A DNA stretch of 62,611 bases, counting the filler, from Rhabdomonas costata (taxonomy: Eukaryota): the NCBI GenBank assembly GCA_019059605.1. It is 22 parts of 22 records of this genome, joined end to end, with 100 filler letters (N's around TTAATTAATTAA, not from the genome) between each part and the next. Parts side by side here need not be neighbours in the genome. Positions count along the whole stretch, not along the records: positions 59,867 to 62,611 come from JAHMHO010002168.1; 21 more parts are not named here. One strand, given 5' to 3'. The notes below the pieces were generated by a model. That model saw only the letters and a list, made by a program, of their open reading frames with translations. It did no database searches and was not told the origin of the DNA. The position numbers and the translations under genes were made by a program. This document shows, one piece after another, positions 62,464 to 62,611 of this stretch (the stretch's first letter is position 1; each line of letters starts with the position of its first letter).

Positions 62464-62611
62464 GTTGCAGAAGCACAGAAAACGTGCAGGAAACTCAAAA
62501 AAAAAAAGGTGGATTGGTTGCATTGGTTACCTAAGTAGCAGAAGTCGGTGCGTTTGGATTCGGCTAATTTCGGTCCTTCCGGAAAATGCGAGAGCTGGAA
62601 GCACTGGACAG

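Overview
This window is not one chromosome segment. It is 22 short contigs (~2.75 kb each) joined by 100-nt artificial spacers (N-run, TTAATTAATTAA, N-run), so no gene neighbourhood can be read across a spacer. Most contigs come from an intron-rich eukaryote, most likely a euglenid (inferred from an articulin gene, an HMG-CoA reductase, AG acceptors just upstream of start codons and mostly GT-AG introns). Genes rebuilt exon by exon: a USP deubiquitinase, a dual-specificity phosphatase, a MATH protein, a Virilizer N-terminal-domain protein, SPEF1, a class II HMG-CoA reductase, a FYVE protein, a methyltransferase, a TLC-like/GNAT fusion with an apparent GA-AG intron, an M16 insulinase, a ceramide synthase, LSM6, a LIM protein, a bacterial-type class III cyclase, STI1/Hop, RTF2 and a Cys-rich articulin. 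The standout is contig 48473-51222, which is AT-rich and intron-free and carries a Polinton/PLV-like virion module. It holds a major capsid protein, a 103-aa Arg-rich core-like protein with adenovirus-protease cleavage motifs, an adenain-type protease and a degenerate A32/FtsK-like ATPase, plus a shared upstream motif and post-stop hairpins. A second, decayed virus-like relic and retroelement remnants are also present. Many contig ends carry fold-back repeats and G/T-only tails that look like whole-genome-amplification artefacts. All family assignments come from motif recognition by eye; no database search was run.
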